DNA of 54,052 nt, from assembly GCA_025453925.1 (NCBI GenBank), contig JALOPK010000003.1, positions 1 through 54,052 of the forward strand, written 5' to 3'. Positions within the stretch are counted from its first letter, which is position 1. Every line of letters begins with the position of its first letter. Below are positions 27,682 through 38,628 of the stretch, piece after piece. The DNA comes from Candidatus Eiseniibacteriota bacterium. Its GTDB lineage: Bacteria > JAFGKV01. Both the position numbers and the translations under genes were made by a program. Under the pieces are notes generated by a model. The model was given only the letters and a program-made list of their open reading frames with translations, was not told where the DNA came from and searched no databases.

Positions 27682-28707
27682 ATGATCCACCGCCTCCATG
27701 CACTGCACGTCTTGTCGAGCGCGTTCACGTTCCTTGTCCTGCTGGCCTCCGCGTCCGGCGCCTCCGACCCCATGCCGCTGGGTTTTCCCGAGATCGGTAT
27801 CGAGCCCCCATCGTTGGGGATCGACGTGGTCGCGGGGAGTTCGACCGAGGCAACCTTCCTGGTAAGGAACACCGGCGACGGTGTCCTCGTGGTGTATGCC
27901 ATCGACGATGACGCCGTTTGGATGACTGAGACCCCGACAACCTTCTCGGTGCAGGCCAGTTCCTCCCAGACCGTGACCGTCAGCGTGGATGCCTCGGGAC
28001 TTCCGGCCGGCATCTACAATCAGACCATCTCCGTCTCGTGCAACGATCCCGACGAGGCAGACGTGACGGTGTCGGTCCGCGTCAACGTGACCCAGGCTTT
28101 GGGACCGGACATCTGGATCCGTCCCTCGACCATCGTCGTGTCGGTGCCCTCCGGCCAATCCACGACGGAAACGGTCATGGTGGGCAATTCCGGAGGCGCC
28201 GACCTGGTAGTGAGCTCCGTCACCGACGACGCTACGTGGGTGTCAGTGAGCCCGACCTCGTTCACCGTGGCGCCGGGCGACAGCCAGGCGCTGACCGTCG
28301 AGATACAGGCAAATCCTGGCGAGGGCGCGCACCAGGCCACCATCACCGTTGCGAGCAATGACGCCGATGAACCGACCGTGCAGGTCTCCGTGACCGAGAC
28401 CACCCGTGCCCTCCCGTGGGAACCTGGCACCCGCCTCGTGTTGGACGCGCCAGCGCCAAATCCATTCCGCACGACCACCGAGTTGCGATTTGAGCTCTCC
28501 CAACCTGCCGATATCACGTTGACGGTCCACGATCTGGCGGGACGAATCGTCGCGATCCTTGAGCAAGGGCCCCAAGACGCGGGCAACCACACGGTGCGCT
28601 GGACCGCGACCGAAGAGTCGGGGCGCCGAGTCATCCCCGGGCTCTACACCATCCGGCTCAATGCCGGCGACACCGTACGCAGCGTGAGGGCGGTGATGGT
28701 CCGTTAG
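27682..28707 (+). CDS. Secreted protein with two tandem Ig-like repeats and a FlgD-Ig/T9SS-type C-terminal domain
   Basis: Signal peptide. The two ~90-aa repeats run from GSSTEATFLVRNTGDGVLVVYAIDDDAVWM to VSCNDPDEADVTVSV, and from GQSTTETVMVGNSGGADLVVSSVTDDATWV to VASNDADEPTVQVSV. C-terminus is PNPFRTTTELRFELSQPADITLTVHDLAGRIV...GLYTIRL. Confidence 0.75.
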   Translation: MIHRLHALHVLSSAFTFLVLLASASGASDPMPLGFPEIGIEPPSLGIDVVAGSSTEATFLVRNTGDGVLVVYAIDDDAVWMTETPTTFSVQASSSQTVTVSVDASGLPAGIYNQTISVSCNDPDEADVTVSVRVNVTQALGPDIWIRPSTIVVSVPSGQSTTETVMVGNSGGADLVVSSVTDDATWVSVSPTSFTVAPGDSQALTVEIQANPGEGAHQATITVASNDADEPTVQVSVTETTRALPWEPGTRLVLDAPAPNPFRTTTELRFELSQPADITLTVHDLAGRIVAILEQGPQDAGNHTVRWTATEESGRRVIPGLYTIRLNAGDTVRSVRAVMVR

Positions 28708-28865
28708 GTCCCGGCGGGGGCTCGCGGAAAAGTGCCGCCGGCATCACGTGCAGGTGTGTGGTGGTGTCGCGTCGATGGAAATCGTCGGGCTCACCGGTCC
28801 ACGATCCGGGAGAACCTCCGGTGGAGACTTCACCGAGAATCCACCTCGTCTACCCCTCCGAAGCG

Positions 28866-28905
28866 CTTCTCATTCATATAGGACATGTCCCATATGAATG
28901 AGAAG
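28866..28905. repeat. 40-nt AT-rich near-perfect palindrome between convergent genes
   Basis: CTTCTCATTCATATAGGA CATG TCCCATATGAATGAGAAG has 18-nt arms with one mismatch around a palindromic CATG. It stands out against the GC-rich background. No flanking A or T tracts. Confidence 0.9.
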
Positions 28906-29021
28906 GAGACCGATTGCGAACCTCTTCTCCCCTGAACCTTGTCCCACAGCGTCACGGGAACCGGCAGACAAGAGGGACCTTCACCGAAGGCGGTTTCTGC
29001 GCCCCCCGAGCCGGCCGCGCC

Positions 29022-29975
29022 TCACACGACCCGGATGGCGAACTCAGGACAGGCCGAGGCGCAATAGCCGCAAAGAATACAGCCAGCCTCGTGCACCAGA
29101 GCCTTCTCGTTGACGATTGAGATGGCACTAGCGGGACAGGCCGGAAGGCAGACGCCACAGCCTTTGCACAGCACCTCCATGACCCGGATCCTGCGGGTGC
29201 GCTGCTCCAGGGTCTTCCACAATTCGTCGTCCACCCGGCCCTCAAACAGCGCCAGGTTGGCGTCGACCTCCCGGGTAGACAGCATGCCAACGGCGAGGGC
29301 CGGAACCCCGGCCAGGCTTCTGACCCATTGCAGGCTGGCGCGGGCATCCCGGATCAGATTGCCACCGGCCAGGGCCTTCATCGCGTAGATGCCTTTCCCG
29401 GCCGTCGCGGCGGTGGAGATGGCCGCGACCATTTCCTGAGCCGTCCCATCCATGATCCCGAGACCCTCGCGATTCACCAGAGGGTGGATCACGTCGACAT
29501 CCTCTCGCTCCGCGGCTTTGCGCACTGCCCCGATCCGGTGCGTGGACAGACCCAGGAATCGAACCTTGCCTTCCTCCCTGAGGCGACGCATCTCGTCGAA
29601 GACACCTCCCCGCTCTATGAAGGGGTCGACCAGCCTCGCTCCATGCAGGTGCAGCACGTCGAGCCGCTCTATCTGCAACGCACGGAGCGCCCGCTCCACG
29701 TGTTCGCGGGCCGTGGCAGGATCCGGTGCATGCGTCTTCGACGCGATCAACACCTCCCCACCGAATCCCTTCAGCGCGGCGTTGATGTGTGCATAGGACC
29801 CGTACATGGCCGCGGTGTCTATCATGTTCGCCCCCCCCTCCAGCGCATGCCGAATGATCCTGCCGCCGTGGGTCGGCTCAAGGTCCGCCTGAAGGGGCCC
29901 CATCGGAAGCGTGCCGATGACAAGGGGGTGCACCAGGAGGCCGGTGCGGCCAAGACTCACGCGAAGAACGCTCAT
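29022..29975 (-). CDS. Aldo/keto reductase fused to a C-terminal 2x[4Fe-4S] ferredoxin domain (COG1453-like)
   Basis: AKR N-terminus LGRTGL...IDTAAMYG. C-terminal CKGCGVCLPACP...CILCGYCASACP. Confidence 0.85.
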   Translation of the reverse strand: MSVLRVSLGRTGLLVHPLVIGTLPMGPLQADLEPTHGGRIIRHALEGGANMIDTAAMYGSYAHINAALKGFGGEVLIASKTHAPDPATAREHVERALRALQIERLDVLHLHGARLVDPFIERGGVFDEMRRLREEGKVRFLGLSTHRIGAVRKAAEREDVDVIHPLVNREGLGIMDGTAQEMVAAISTAATAGKGIYAMKALAGGNLIRDARASLQWVRSLAGVPALAVGMLSTREVDANLALFEGRVDDELWKTLEQRTRRIRVMEVLCKGCGVCLPACPASAISIVNEKALVHEAGCILCGYCASACPEFAIRVV

Positions 29976-30154
29976 GAGAATCCCTCCAGGTCGACGTGGG
30001 ACCGGGGTGAGGCATCGTCAGCGTCAGGCAGCATGCTACACGATGTCACGACAGGATGCCACCTTCCCGCATGAGGGGAAATGGACGCACGCGGGGGACA
30101 TCGGGCGCTGGCCGCGGAGTCCTTCCCGCTCAAGATTCCGGGTCGCCTGACCGG

Positions 30155-30844
30155 TCACTTCTGCTCGCGCAAGAACACGCTGCGTGCCCACTGCTCGAAG
30201 TCGTGAGCCCGTGCACGATCAACCAGGTCAGAAAGGGGAATCCGCTCCATCAGTCGGCGGAGGAGCGCGCCGTAGCGCCGGTATGCCTGCGGCCCGGGAG
30301 CGATCAGTGCTTCCCAGGTGTGATTCCCTCGGGGGGGATCCGTCAGATCACCTGAGGCGACGACCGCGAATCCCTCGTAGAACCAGAGCGGTCCCATGGC
30401 GTCCTCGTCGCCGCCCAGGATCGACACATGCAGGCGGTGAGCGACCTCGTGGGCGAGGAGCCGCTGATATGCCTCCGGAGAACTCCCGTACTCCGGCGCG
30501 ACCCTCATGTACTCCTCCGGCGTCACCGCCAGGAGGATTCCCCATTCCAGCGCAGCCGCGAGACCGGGCGTGGGAAGCGGCGTGGCGCCTGGCAGGGCGT
30601 ACAGCTCCCTGATCCTCGCCCAGAGATCAGCCTGCCTGACGAAGATCTCGATACCACGGTCGAAGAAGACCCGCATGTACGCTGCCCACTCATGGTCTAC
30701 GGCAAACGATGCGATCATCCCATGGGCCGACTCGACGGCATGGGCGAACTCGATCCGTCGCGACGTCAACGATGGCGAAAGCCGGATCGTCGCAGCGATA
30801 TCAGGGCCTCCCGTAATGGCGCGATCGTCCGGTGTGCAGGTCAC
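30155..30844 (-). CDS. Putative zinc metallopeptidase (HExxH, peptidase MA-like)
   Basis: LLAHEVAHRLH followed by LWFYEGFAVVAS (downstream Glu ligand pattern). Start is uncertain: GTG 30844 or ATG 30718. The part of the track ORF upstream of 30844 is not protein-like. Confidence 0.6.
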   Translation of the reverse strand: MTCTPDDRAITGGPDIAATIRLSPSLTSRRIEFAHAVESAHGMIASFAVDHEWAAYMRVFFDRGIEIFVRQADLWARIRELYALPGATPLPTPGLAAALEWGILLAVTPEEYMRVAPEYGSSPEAYQRLLAHEVAHRLHVSILGGDEDAMGPLWFYEGFAVVASGDLTDPPRGNHTWEALIAPGPQAYRRYGALLRRLMERIPLSDLVDRARAHDFEQWARSVFLREQK

Positions 30845-31191
30845 GTTTTGATCGCCTCGGGGGTGCCTGATTCGGGAGCAGAAGCCGGGGAACGAACCGT
30901 GTGAGATGAACGTGTCGGATGGGGCCTGCGCCTGTGACACCACGTGCGCGGCGACGAACCAAGACTGCTGGGAGGACTGGGTGTCATCGCGCAGGGAGGA
31001 CGGCGGGAAGAGTGGTCGCCCGCGACGAGGCCGCTCCGGTGGAGCACGCCTTCCCCGACACGTGATGCGGGATGCAGCAGCGGCCATATGCCCGCGCCTT
31101 GGAGAGGCGATACATTGTGGGTGTGTGCGACCAGGCTTCCGCAGGAGCGCATCGCCTCGCATGAGGGGATGCGCACGGTACCCGGCGGGCT

Positions 31192-31230
31192 CACGAAAGA
31201 AGAGAGGGCCAGGCCGAGCGGGCCTGGCCC
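31192..31230 (-). terminator. Rho-independent terminator after the 83-aa gene
   Basis: On the minus strand: GGGCCAGGCC cgctc GGCCTGGCCC (10-bp stem) followed by UCUCUUCUUUCG, about 20 nt after the TAA. Confidence 0.55.
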
Positions 31231-31248
31231 TCGAGACAAGTCGTCTGC

Positions 31249-31500
31249 TTAGCTCGCCAGGTAGGCGATGTCGCAGATCGGGCTGGTCGCGCTGCTGAAT
31301 CCGGGGTTCACATGCAGCCAATTGCCGGACGTGCCGGGGGTGTGGCTGTAGGTGGTGCTTCCCACCGAATGCCCGGACAGATAGGTCGAGCCGCCGCCGA
31401 AGTGGAAAACTTCGCCGGAAGTGCTCTTGGCACAGGAAAGAGCCGATGTCTCGAACGAGCGTTCGGAGACGATCGTGGGCCTACGATAAGCCTTACGCAT
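31249..31500 (-). CDS. Small 83-aa protein of unknown function, Gly/Ser/Thr/His-rich (possible secreted peptide or RiPP-like precursor)
   Basis: MRKAYRRPTIVSERSFETSALSCAKSTSGEVFHFGGGSTYLSGHSVGSTTYSHTPGTSGNWLHVNPGFSSATSPICDIAYLAS. GAGGAGG lies 5 nt before the ATG. It is followed by a terminator hairpin. Confidence 0.55.
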   Translation of the reverse strand: MRKAYRRPTIVSERSFETSALSCAKSTSGEVFHFGGGSTYLSGHSVGSTTYSHTPGTSGNWLHVNPGFSSATSPICDIAYLAS

Positions 31501-31522
31501 GACTGCCTCCTCTAAGTTTAGG

Positions 31523-31726
31523 TTACCGAGTTGGAGTGACGGGAACGCGAGCCGACAGCTTGCCACCGAGTAGAGTCACGATCCGGTACTGCACACCCTC
31601 CTTGGGGCCATGGGCCTTCTCGCCCACTTTTGCAGCCTGGAACGTCTGACCCTTCGCCGGCTTGGCGGCGAGGACGGCGGGTGCGGCCAGGCTCAGGATC
31701 AGCAGGGCGACCACGAAGTAACGCAT
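31523..31726 (-). CDS. Small 67-aa secreted protein
   Basis: Signal peptide MRYFVVALLILSLAAPAVLAA. GGAAGGAGG lies 5 nt before the ATG. It sits 22 nt upstream of the 83-aa gene. Confidence 0.55.
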   Translation of the reverse strand: MRYFVVALLILSLAAPAVLAAKPAKGQTFQAAKVGEKAHGPKEGVQYRIVTLLGGKLSARVPVTPTR

Positions 31727-32112
31727 CTCTGCCTCCTTCCTGAGGTCCGATCAGCCGATACTCCCCTTCTATGCCGGAGATCGGCGTTACTGAGCAACGA
31801 CATGGTGGCCTATATACACGGGATCCTGCGCATGTCAACATCAAAAATGCGAGTGTCTGACTGCTGGAACCACCGGGTATGGCGACGGGTATGGTAGATG
31901 CGGGTGCCGGGCGTCCCGCATGCACGGATCTTGCGCCCGGCTCAATACTGAAGCATAGTACCAGCCCCTCTCTGAGGGGGCTTGAATCAGGAGCCATCAT
32001 GGCATCAGCAGCATCCCTTCTCCCCCGGCGGGGAGTGAGAACCCAGTCTCTCGGCAGGGTCCTGAGCCTTCGAGGGCCCAGGCGCGAGGAGCAAGATCAG
32101 GCAGCGGTGCTC

Positions 32113-32688
32113 ATGGAAGAGTCAGACGATGGTCTGATGGTCAGGGTGAAACGGGGAGACCACCAGGCATTCAGGATCCTGGCGGAACGATACCGCACCC
32201 GAGTGTTCCGTTTCATCTACAAGATGATTCACGATGAGGAAGTGGCCGAGGATTTGGCGCAGGAGACCTTCCTCCGTGTGTTCAAACGCGCCAACACCTA
32301 CAAGCCCGGCAGCAACTTCTCCATCTGGCTCTACACGATCGCCAAGAACCTCACGTTCAACCGTGTCCGTGACGAGAAACGGCAGCCGCTTGGCCTTGCC
32401 GAACAGGTGGACCAGCGATACTGGGATGTCGCGACGGCTGACGTGGGGCCCGACCCGCTTGAAATGAGCCAGCGGGAGGAGATCCGGAGGACCGTCAACT
32501 CAGGGCTGGCCCAACTGCCGCCGAAGTTCAAAGCTGCCGTGATCCTTCGTGACATAGAGGGTTTCGAGTATGAGCAGATAGCGAAGATCCTGCGGTGTCC
32601 GCTGGGGACAGTGAAGTCCCGCGTCAACCGGGGCAGGCTCCGTCTGCGTGACCTCATCAAGGAAAGACTGCATGAGTACCTGGAATAG
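32113..32688 (+). CDS. ECF (sigma-24 / sigma-E family) RNA polymerase sigma factor
   Basis: Region 2 FRILAERYRTRVFRFIYKMIHDEEVAEDLAQETFLRVF. Region 4 ILRDIEGFEYEQIAKILRCPLGTVKSRVNRGRLRL. An alternative upstream ATG at 31999 is possible. Confidence 0.9.
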   Translation: MEESDDGLMVRVKRGDHQAFRILAERYRTRVFRFIYKMIHDEEVAEDLAQETFLRVFKRANTYKPGSNFSIWLYTIAKNLTFNRVRDEKRQPLGLAEQVDQRYWDVATADVGPDPLEMSQREEIRRTVNSGLAQLPPKFKAAVILRDIEGFEYEQIAKILRCPLGTVKSRVNRGRLRLRDLIKERLHEYLE

Positions 32689-32719
32689 CCCGCCGTCCGG
32701 CGTGGGCGGCTAGTGGGAG

Positions 32720-33307
32720 GTGAAGACGGTGCATTGTCGTAACGTGCAAGCCAGGTTGTCGGAATACCTGGATTCATTCCTGAGCCCGCGGCATCGGCAG
32801 GAACTGGAGGACCACCTCCGGCAGTGTGACGCATGCCGGCAGGCATCCCGTGAGATGCGGCGCCTGCGGGATATCCTTGGGGGGCTCACCCCTGTGGATC
32901 CTCCCGAGAGCCTCGCATCCCGGATTGACCGAATTCCGTGGGAGACTTCCCAGGATCGGCCGTTGATCGGCCCCCAGACAGCTCGGATTGGCCTGGCCGT
33001 GCTGACCGCGACGGCAGCCGTGATGGTGGTGCTGCTGCGACCAACTCTGTCGGGTGCCCCCGCTCCGGGCATCCCGGCCGTCGCCCAAGAGCACACCGGA
33101 TCCGCCGTCGTCGAAGTCCAGCAGCTCATGCTTCCTGAGGAACGCCAGGGGAGTCCCGACCCACAGTGGGCGAGGGTCTCCATGACGCGCGGCGTGCCTC
33201 TCGAAGGACCACGCGGTTCTGCGGCATCCACCCCACGACAAGACCGGGACGAGCTGATCTGGCAGGAGGTGCGCCGGGTGTCAGCATGCTCCCGGCGGTC
33301 GTTCTGA
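32720..33307 (+). CDS. Anti-sigma factor (zf-HC2 type) with one TM segment
   Basis: HCRNVQARLSEYLDSFLSPRHRQELEDHLRQCDACR (H-x3-C-x2-C), then TM IGLAVLTATAAVMVVLL. It lies directly after the ECF sigma gene. Confidence 0.75.
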   Translation: MKTVHCRNVQARLSEYLDSFLSPRHRQELEDHLRQCDACRQASREMRRLRDILGGLTPVDPPESLASRIDRIPWETSQDRPLIGPQTARIGLAVLTATAAVMVVLLRPTLSGAPAPGIPAVAQEHTGSAVVEVQQLMLPEERQGSPDPQWARVSMTRGVPLEGPRGSAASTPRQDRDELIWQEVRRVSACSRRSF

Positions 33308-33341
33308 TACCAACCGCCACCGCGACCTGGCAACGCCGACG

Positions 33342-34460
33342 ATGAAGACCTCTGCCGCTGCGTGTGCTCTGCTGTGTGCCATCGGGGCGCATACCGCCCG
33401 CGGTCAGACGCTACTGCCGCAGATTGAATCCGAGCTAAACGTTCTGGTTGCCGCGGCTCGGCGCCACCTTGTGACGGTGATCGTGTCTCCGGCGGAAGGA
33501 GCGCGCCCCGTTCGATCGGTCCTGGTGGCTTCTGGGCTCTCACTGGACGACTCCTTGGTCGTCACGGCCGCCAGCGTGGTCACGGGACACACCGCCATCG
33601 AGATCGCCACTCATGACAACCAGACCCACCCGGCGGAGATAGTCGGCGTTGACGCACTGGGCGGCGTGGCTCTCCTTAAGACTGCGCGCGGGGTGCGGTC
33701 GGCCAGCATCGCGGCGGTAGAGGCGGGTACGCCGGAACCCGGAAACCTGGTCTGCCTCGTGACGAGCAGCTTCGAGGAGCGAGCCGGATTCAGTCTGGGC
33801 GCGATCACCTCCGTTCGCCCCGCCGGGATGAACGGTCAGGTTACCTCTGAGATCGAGGCCAGCGCCGCACCGCTGCCCGGGAGCGCCGGCGCGGTATTAG
33901 TCGAAACCAGAGGCAGCGTGACCGGGCTGGTAGTCGGCCGGCCAGGCCGTGCGAGAGACGGATCCTCTGGGGAGTCGGGTGTTCTGGCGGTTCCGTTGCA
34001 CGAGGTGCTCCGCATCGCGGCGGAGCTGCGGGATCATGCCGGAGTCAGGCGGAACTGGCTGGGCGTAAGCGTGCAGGAGATGACTTCCGCACTGCGCGAA
34101 ATCCTTGGCGTGGCTCCAGGAACGGGAGTGATCGTCATCGATGTCGACGCGCACGGCCCCGCGACAAAGGCAGGCCTGGAGTTGGGAGATGTGATTCTCT
34201 CGTGCGATTTGAAAGTGGTGCGCGACGCGGGGGAGCTCATGGCCTCAGTCGCGACGGCGCCGTCGAATGCACGCCTGCGCCTGCAGGTCTTCCGGAACGG
34301 CGAGACGCTGGAGCTGCCCGTCGTGTTATCGGAACTCCCGGCCCGTCAGGAGACGCCGCCGGAGCTGGAGGATGTGGGAGCGCCCCGCGAGGATCGAATC
34401 CGCGCCATTGAGGAGGAGATCGCGCGGCTCAAGGCCTCCCTCCCTCACAACAACCGGTAG
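33342..34460 (+). CDS. HtrA/DegP-like trypsin-fold serine protease with one PDZ domain
   Basis: Signal peptide. Protease core with a PLPGSAGAVLV Ser loop. PDZ WLGVSVQEM...GVIVIDVDAHGPATKAGLELGDVIL. It is the third gene of the sigma / anti-sigma unit. Confidence 0.8.
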   Translation: MKTSAAACALLCAIGAHTARGQTLLPQIESELNVLVAAARRHLVTVIVSPAEGARPVRSVLVASGLSLDDSLVVTAASVVTGHTAIEIATHDNQTHPAEIVGVDALGGVALLKTARGVRSASIAAVEAGTPEPGNLVCLVTSSFEERAGFSLGAITSVRPAGMNGQVTSEIEASAAPLPGSAGAVLVETRGSVTGLVVGRPGRARDGSSGESGVLAVPLHEVLRIAAELRDHAGVRRNWLGVSVQEMTSALREILGVAPGTGVIVIDVDAHGPATKAGLELGDVILSCDLKVVRDAGELMASVATAPSNARLRLQVFRNGETLELPVVLSELPARQETPPELEDVGAPREDRIRAIEEEIARLKASLPHNNR

Positions 34461-34484
34461 CCTGCCGGTAGCCTGCCGGTAGCC
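34454..34484. repeat. 11-nt tandem repeat (CCGGTAGCCTG x ~2.8) spanning the HtrA stop codon
   Basis: Read directly: ccggtagcctg ccggtagcctg ccggtagcc. Confidence 0.8.
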
Positions 34485-34785
34485 CTTCATCCATTCGGTG
34501 GCTGCCTCCCGGCGGCCCCGGCAGAGGCAGAACTGCGATGCCTCCCTCGGGCCATTGTTCCCGGTCGGCTCCCCGTCGCTGCGGGCCTCGTCCCGCAGAC
34601 GTCGACGGCCCGGTCTCGTTGATTGGCAGCCCGCGGGCACCACAGGATCAACGGCAACCACCGCCGATCCGTCCGATCCAAGGAGAGTGGATCAACCGCT
34701 TCTTCCAGGCCGACGGAGCCATCGCGTAGGGTGCCTGGATCCGATGCTCCTCAGTGCGGCCGGAGTCGCAGACCTTCCCGTGCGC

Positions 34786-35760
34786 TCAGGTCGTCTCCAC
34801 TATGAAGTCCGGTTTCGGATTGGCCATGACGCTGGAGATCGATTCTCCCGCGTGGATGTTGCGCACGATGGCGGCCAACATGGGAGCAATCGACAGGATG
34901 TGCATGGTCGGCAGGCGACGTGCGGGAGGGATGGGGAGTGTGTCAGTCACCACGATCTCGCGTATTGCCACATGCTGGAGCCGAAGAGGAGCATCGCCGC
35001 TGAACAGGGCGTGGGTCGCCAGCACCCGGATGTCCGGGCGGGCGCCGAGACTCACCAGCGTTTCAACCGCAGTGAGGAGGCTCTTGCCGGTATCTATCAT
35101 GTCCTCGATGATGATCGGGGTCTTCCCGGCGACGTCGCCGGTGAAGGTGCTCGGCTCCGCTTCATTGTGCCCGGGCCGGCGCTTGTACTGCACACCGAGG
35201 GGAAGCCGCAGGTCCATGGCCAGGCGCTCGGCGCGCTTCACGCCACCCGCGTCGGCAGCGATGACTACGCCGTCCTGGATGCACTCCGCACGGAGATAGT
35301 CCCGAAGCAGCGGATACGCGGTGAGATGATCGAGCACGATGGAGAAAAAGCCCTGAATGGCGGGCGAGTGAAGGTCAAAACTGATCACGCGATGAGCGCC
35401 CACCGTCTGAAGGATGTCTGCCACCATCCTCGCGGAGATCGGTTCGCGCGGCGCGTGCTTCTTCTCCTGCCTGCTATACCCGTAGTACGGCATGATCACG
35501 TTGATGCGACCCGCCGATGCCCGTTTCAGGGCATCGACCATGATGCACAGCTCCATGAAGTTCGTGTTGACCGGTTGGCACATGGTCTGAAACACAAACA
35601 CGTCGGCATCACGGACGGTCTCCTCGTACGAAACATAGATCTCGCCATTGGCAAACTCGGTAATGGAGATCTTCCCCAGCTCAATGCCCAGCTCCCTGGA
35701 GAGCCTTCCCGCCAGGTCAGGGTTTGATCTTCCGGCGAACAGTTTGATTTCTCGGATCAT
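34786..35760 (-). CDS. prs: Ribose-phosphate pyrophosphokinase
   Basis: MIREIKLFAGRSNPDLA..., VIMPYYGYSRQEKK, DLHSPAIQGFF and PRPP loop IIIEDMIDTGKS. GGGGAGGG precedes ATG 35760; the longer track ORF is an upstream extension. Confidence 0.92.
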   Translation of the reverse strand: MIREIKLFAGRSNPDLAGRLSRELGIELGKISITEFANGEIYVSYEETVRDADVFVFQTMCQPVNTNFMELCIMVDALKRASAGRINVIMPYYGYSRQEKKHAPREPISARMVADILQTVGAHRVISFDLHSPAIQGFFSIVLDHLTAYPLLRDYLRAECIQDGVVIAADAGGVKRAERLAMDLRLPLGVQYKRRPGHNEAEPSTFTGDVAGKTPIIIEDMIDTGKSLLTAVETLVSLGARPDIRVLATHALFSGDAPLRLQHVAIREIVVTDTLPIPPARRLPTMHILSIAPMLAAIVRNIHAGESISSVMANPKPDFIVETT

Positions 35761-36040
35761 GTTCCCTCCCCAGGATCGACGTTGCGCGAAGACCGCGGGA
35801 TTCTCAGTGGTAGCACCCCGCCGCGCAAGGGTAATGCGTGTGTCTGCCGCCGCCCAGATCGGCACAGCATGTCGCCCGACACCACCGCAGGAGTCGAAGA
35901 GCCTCCGCCCCATGTCGGCGCCACACGCTGTCACGCTGGCGCGGCTGTGACAGTTCGCGACCTGGGAGAGCATACGCGCGGCGACGGGCGCGCGGCAGGA
36001 CGGAGTCGCGAGCGGGTAGGGTCGGCGCAGATGGGTCGTC

Positions 36041-36334
36041 TCAGAAACGCGGGGACACGCGAAGGGGCACTCTTCGGGCGTCGTCGACAATGATCTCGGC
36101 GCCCTCCGGCGTGACCTCAAGGATTCCTGCCTCCACCTCGAACTGAAGCCAGACGCCGCTCGCTTCATGGCACAGCAGCGGTCCCGGGCGCAAGACGCAG
36201 AGAAGGGGCATGTGCCGGGCGAGGACTCCCAGTCTCCCGCTCAGGCCCGGAGCGACGACGCTGAGCACCCGAGCGGAGTAAACAGTCCCCACGGGTGTGA
36301 CAACGGCGAGAGGATAGTCGGCCAGGTTCTCCAT
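36041..36334 (-). CDS. atpC: F1 ATP synthase epsilon subunit, short form
   Basis: LAVVTPVGTVYS...VVAPGLSGRLGVLARHMPLL..L.PG matches the epsilon beta-sandwich. It is 97 aa and the last gene of the operon. Confidence 0.8.
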   Translation of the reverse strand: MENLADYPLAVVTPVGTVYSARVLSVVAPGLSGRLGVLARHMPLLCVLRPGPLLCHEASGVWLQFEVEAGILEVTPEGAEIIVDDARRVPLRVSPRF

Positions 36335-36340
36335 CGCGGG

Positions 36341-38628
<2,288 letters not shown>

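Noticed and set aside
30845-31321. N-terminal 160-aa extension of the HExxH peptidase ORF
   Set aside because: The composition is not protein-like, and it would read through the terminator hairpin and overlap the end of the 83-aa gene. The gene was truncated to GTG 30844.
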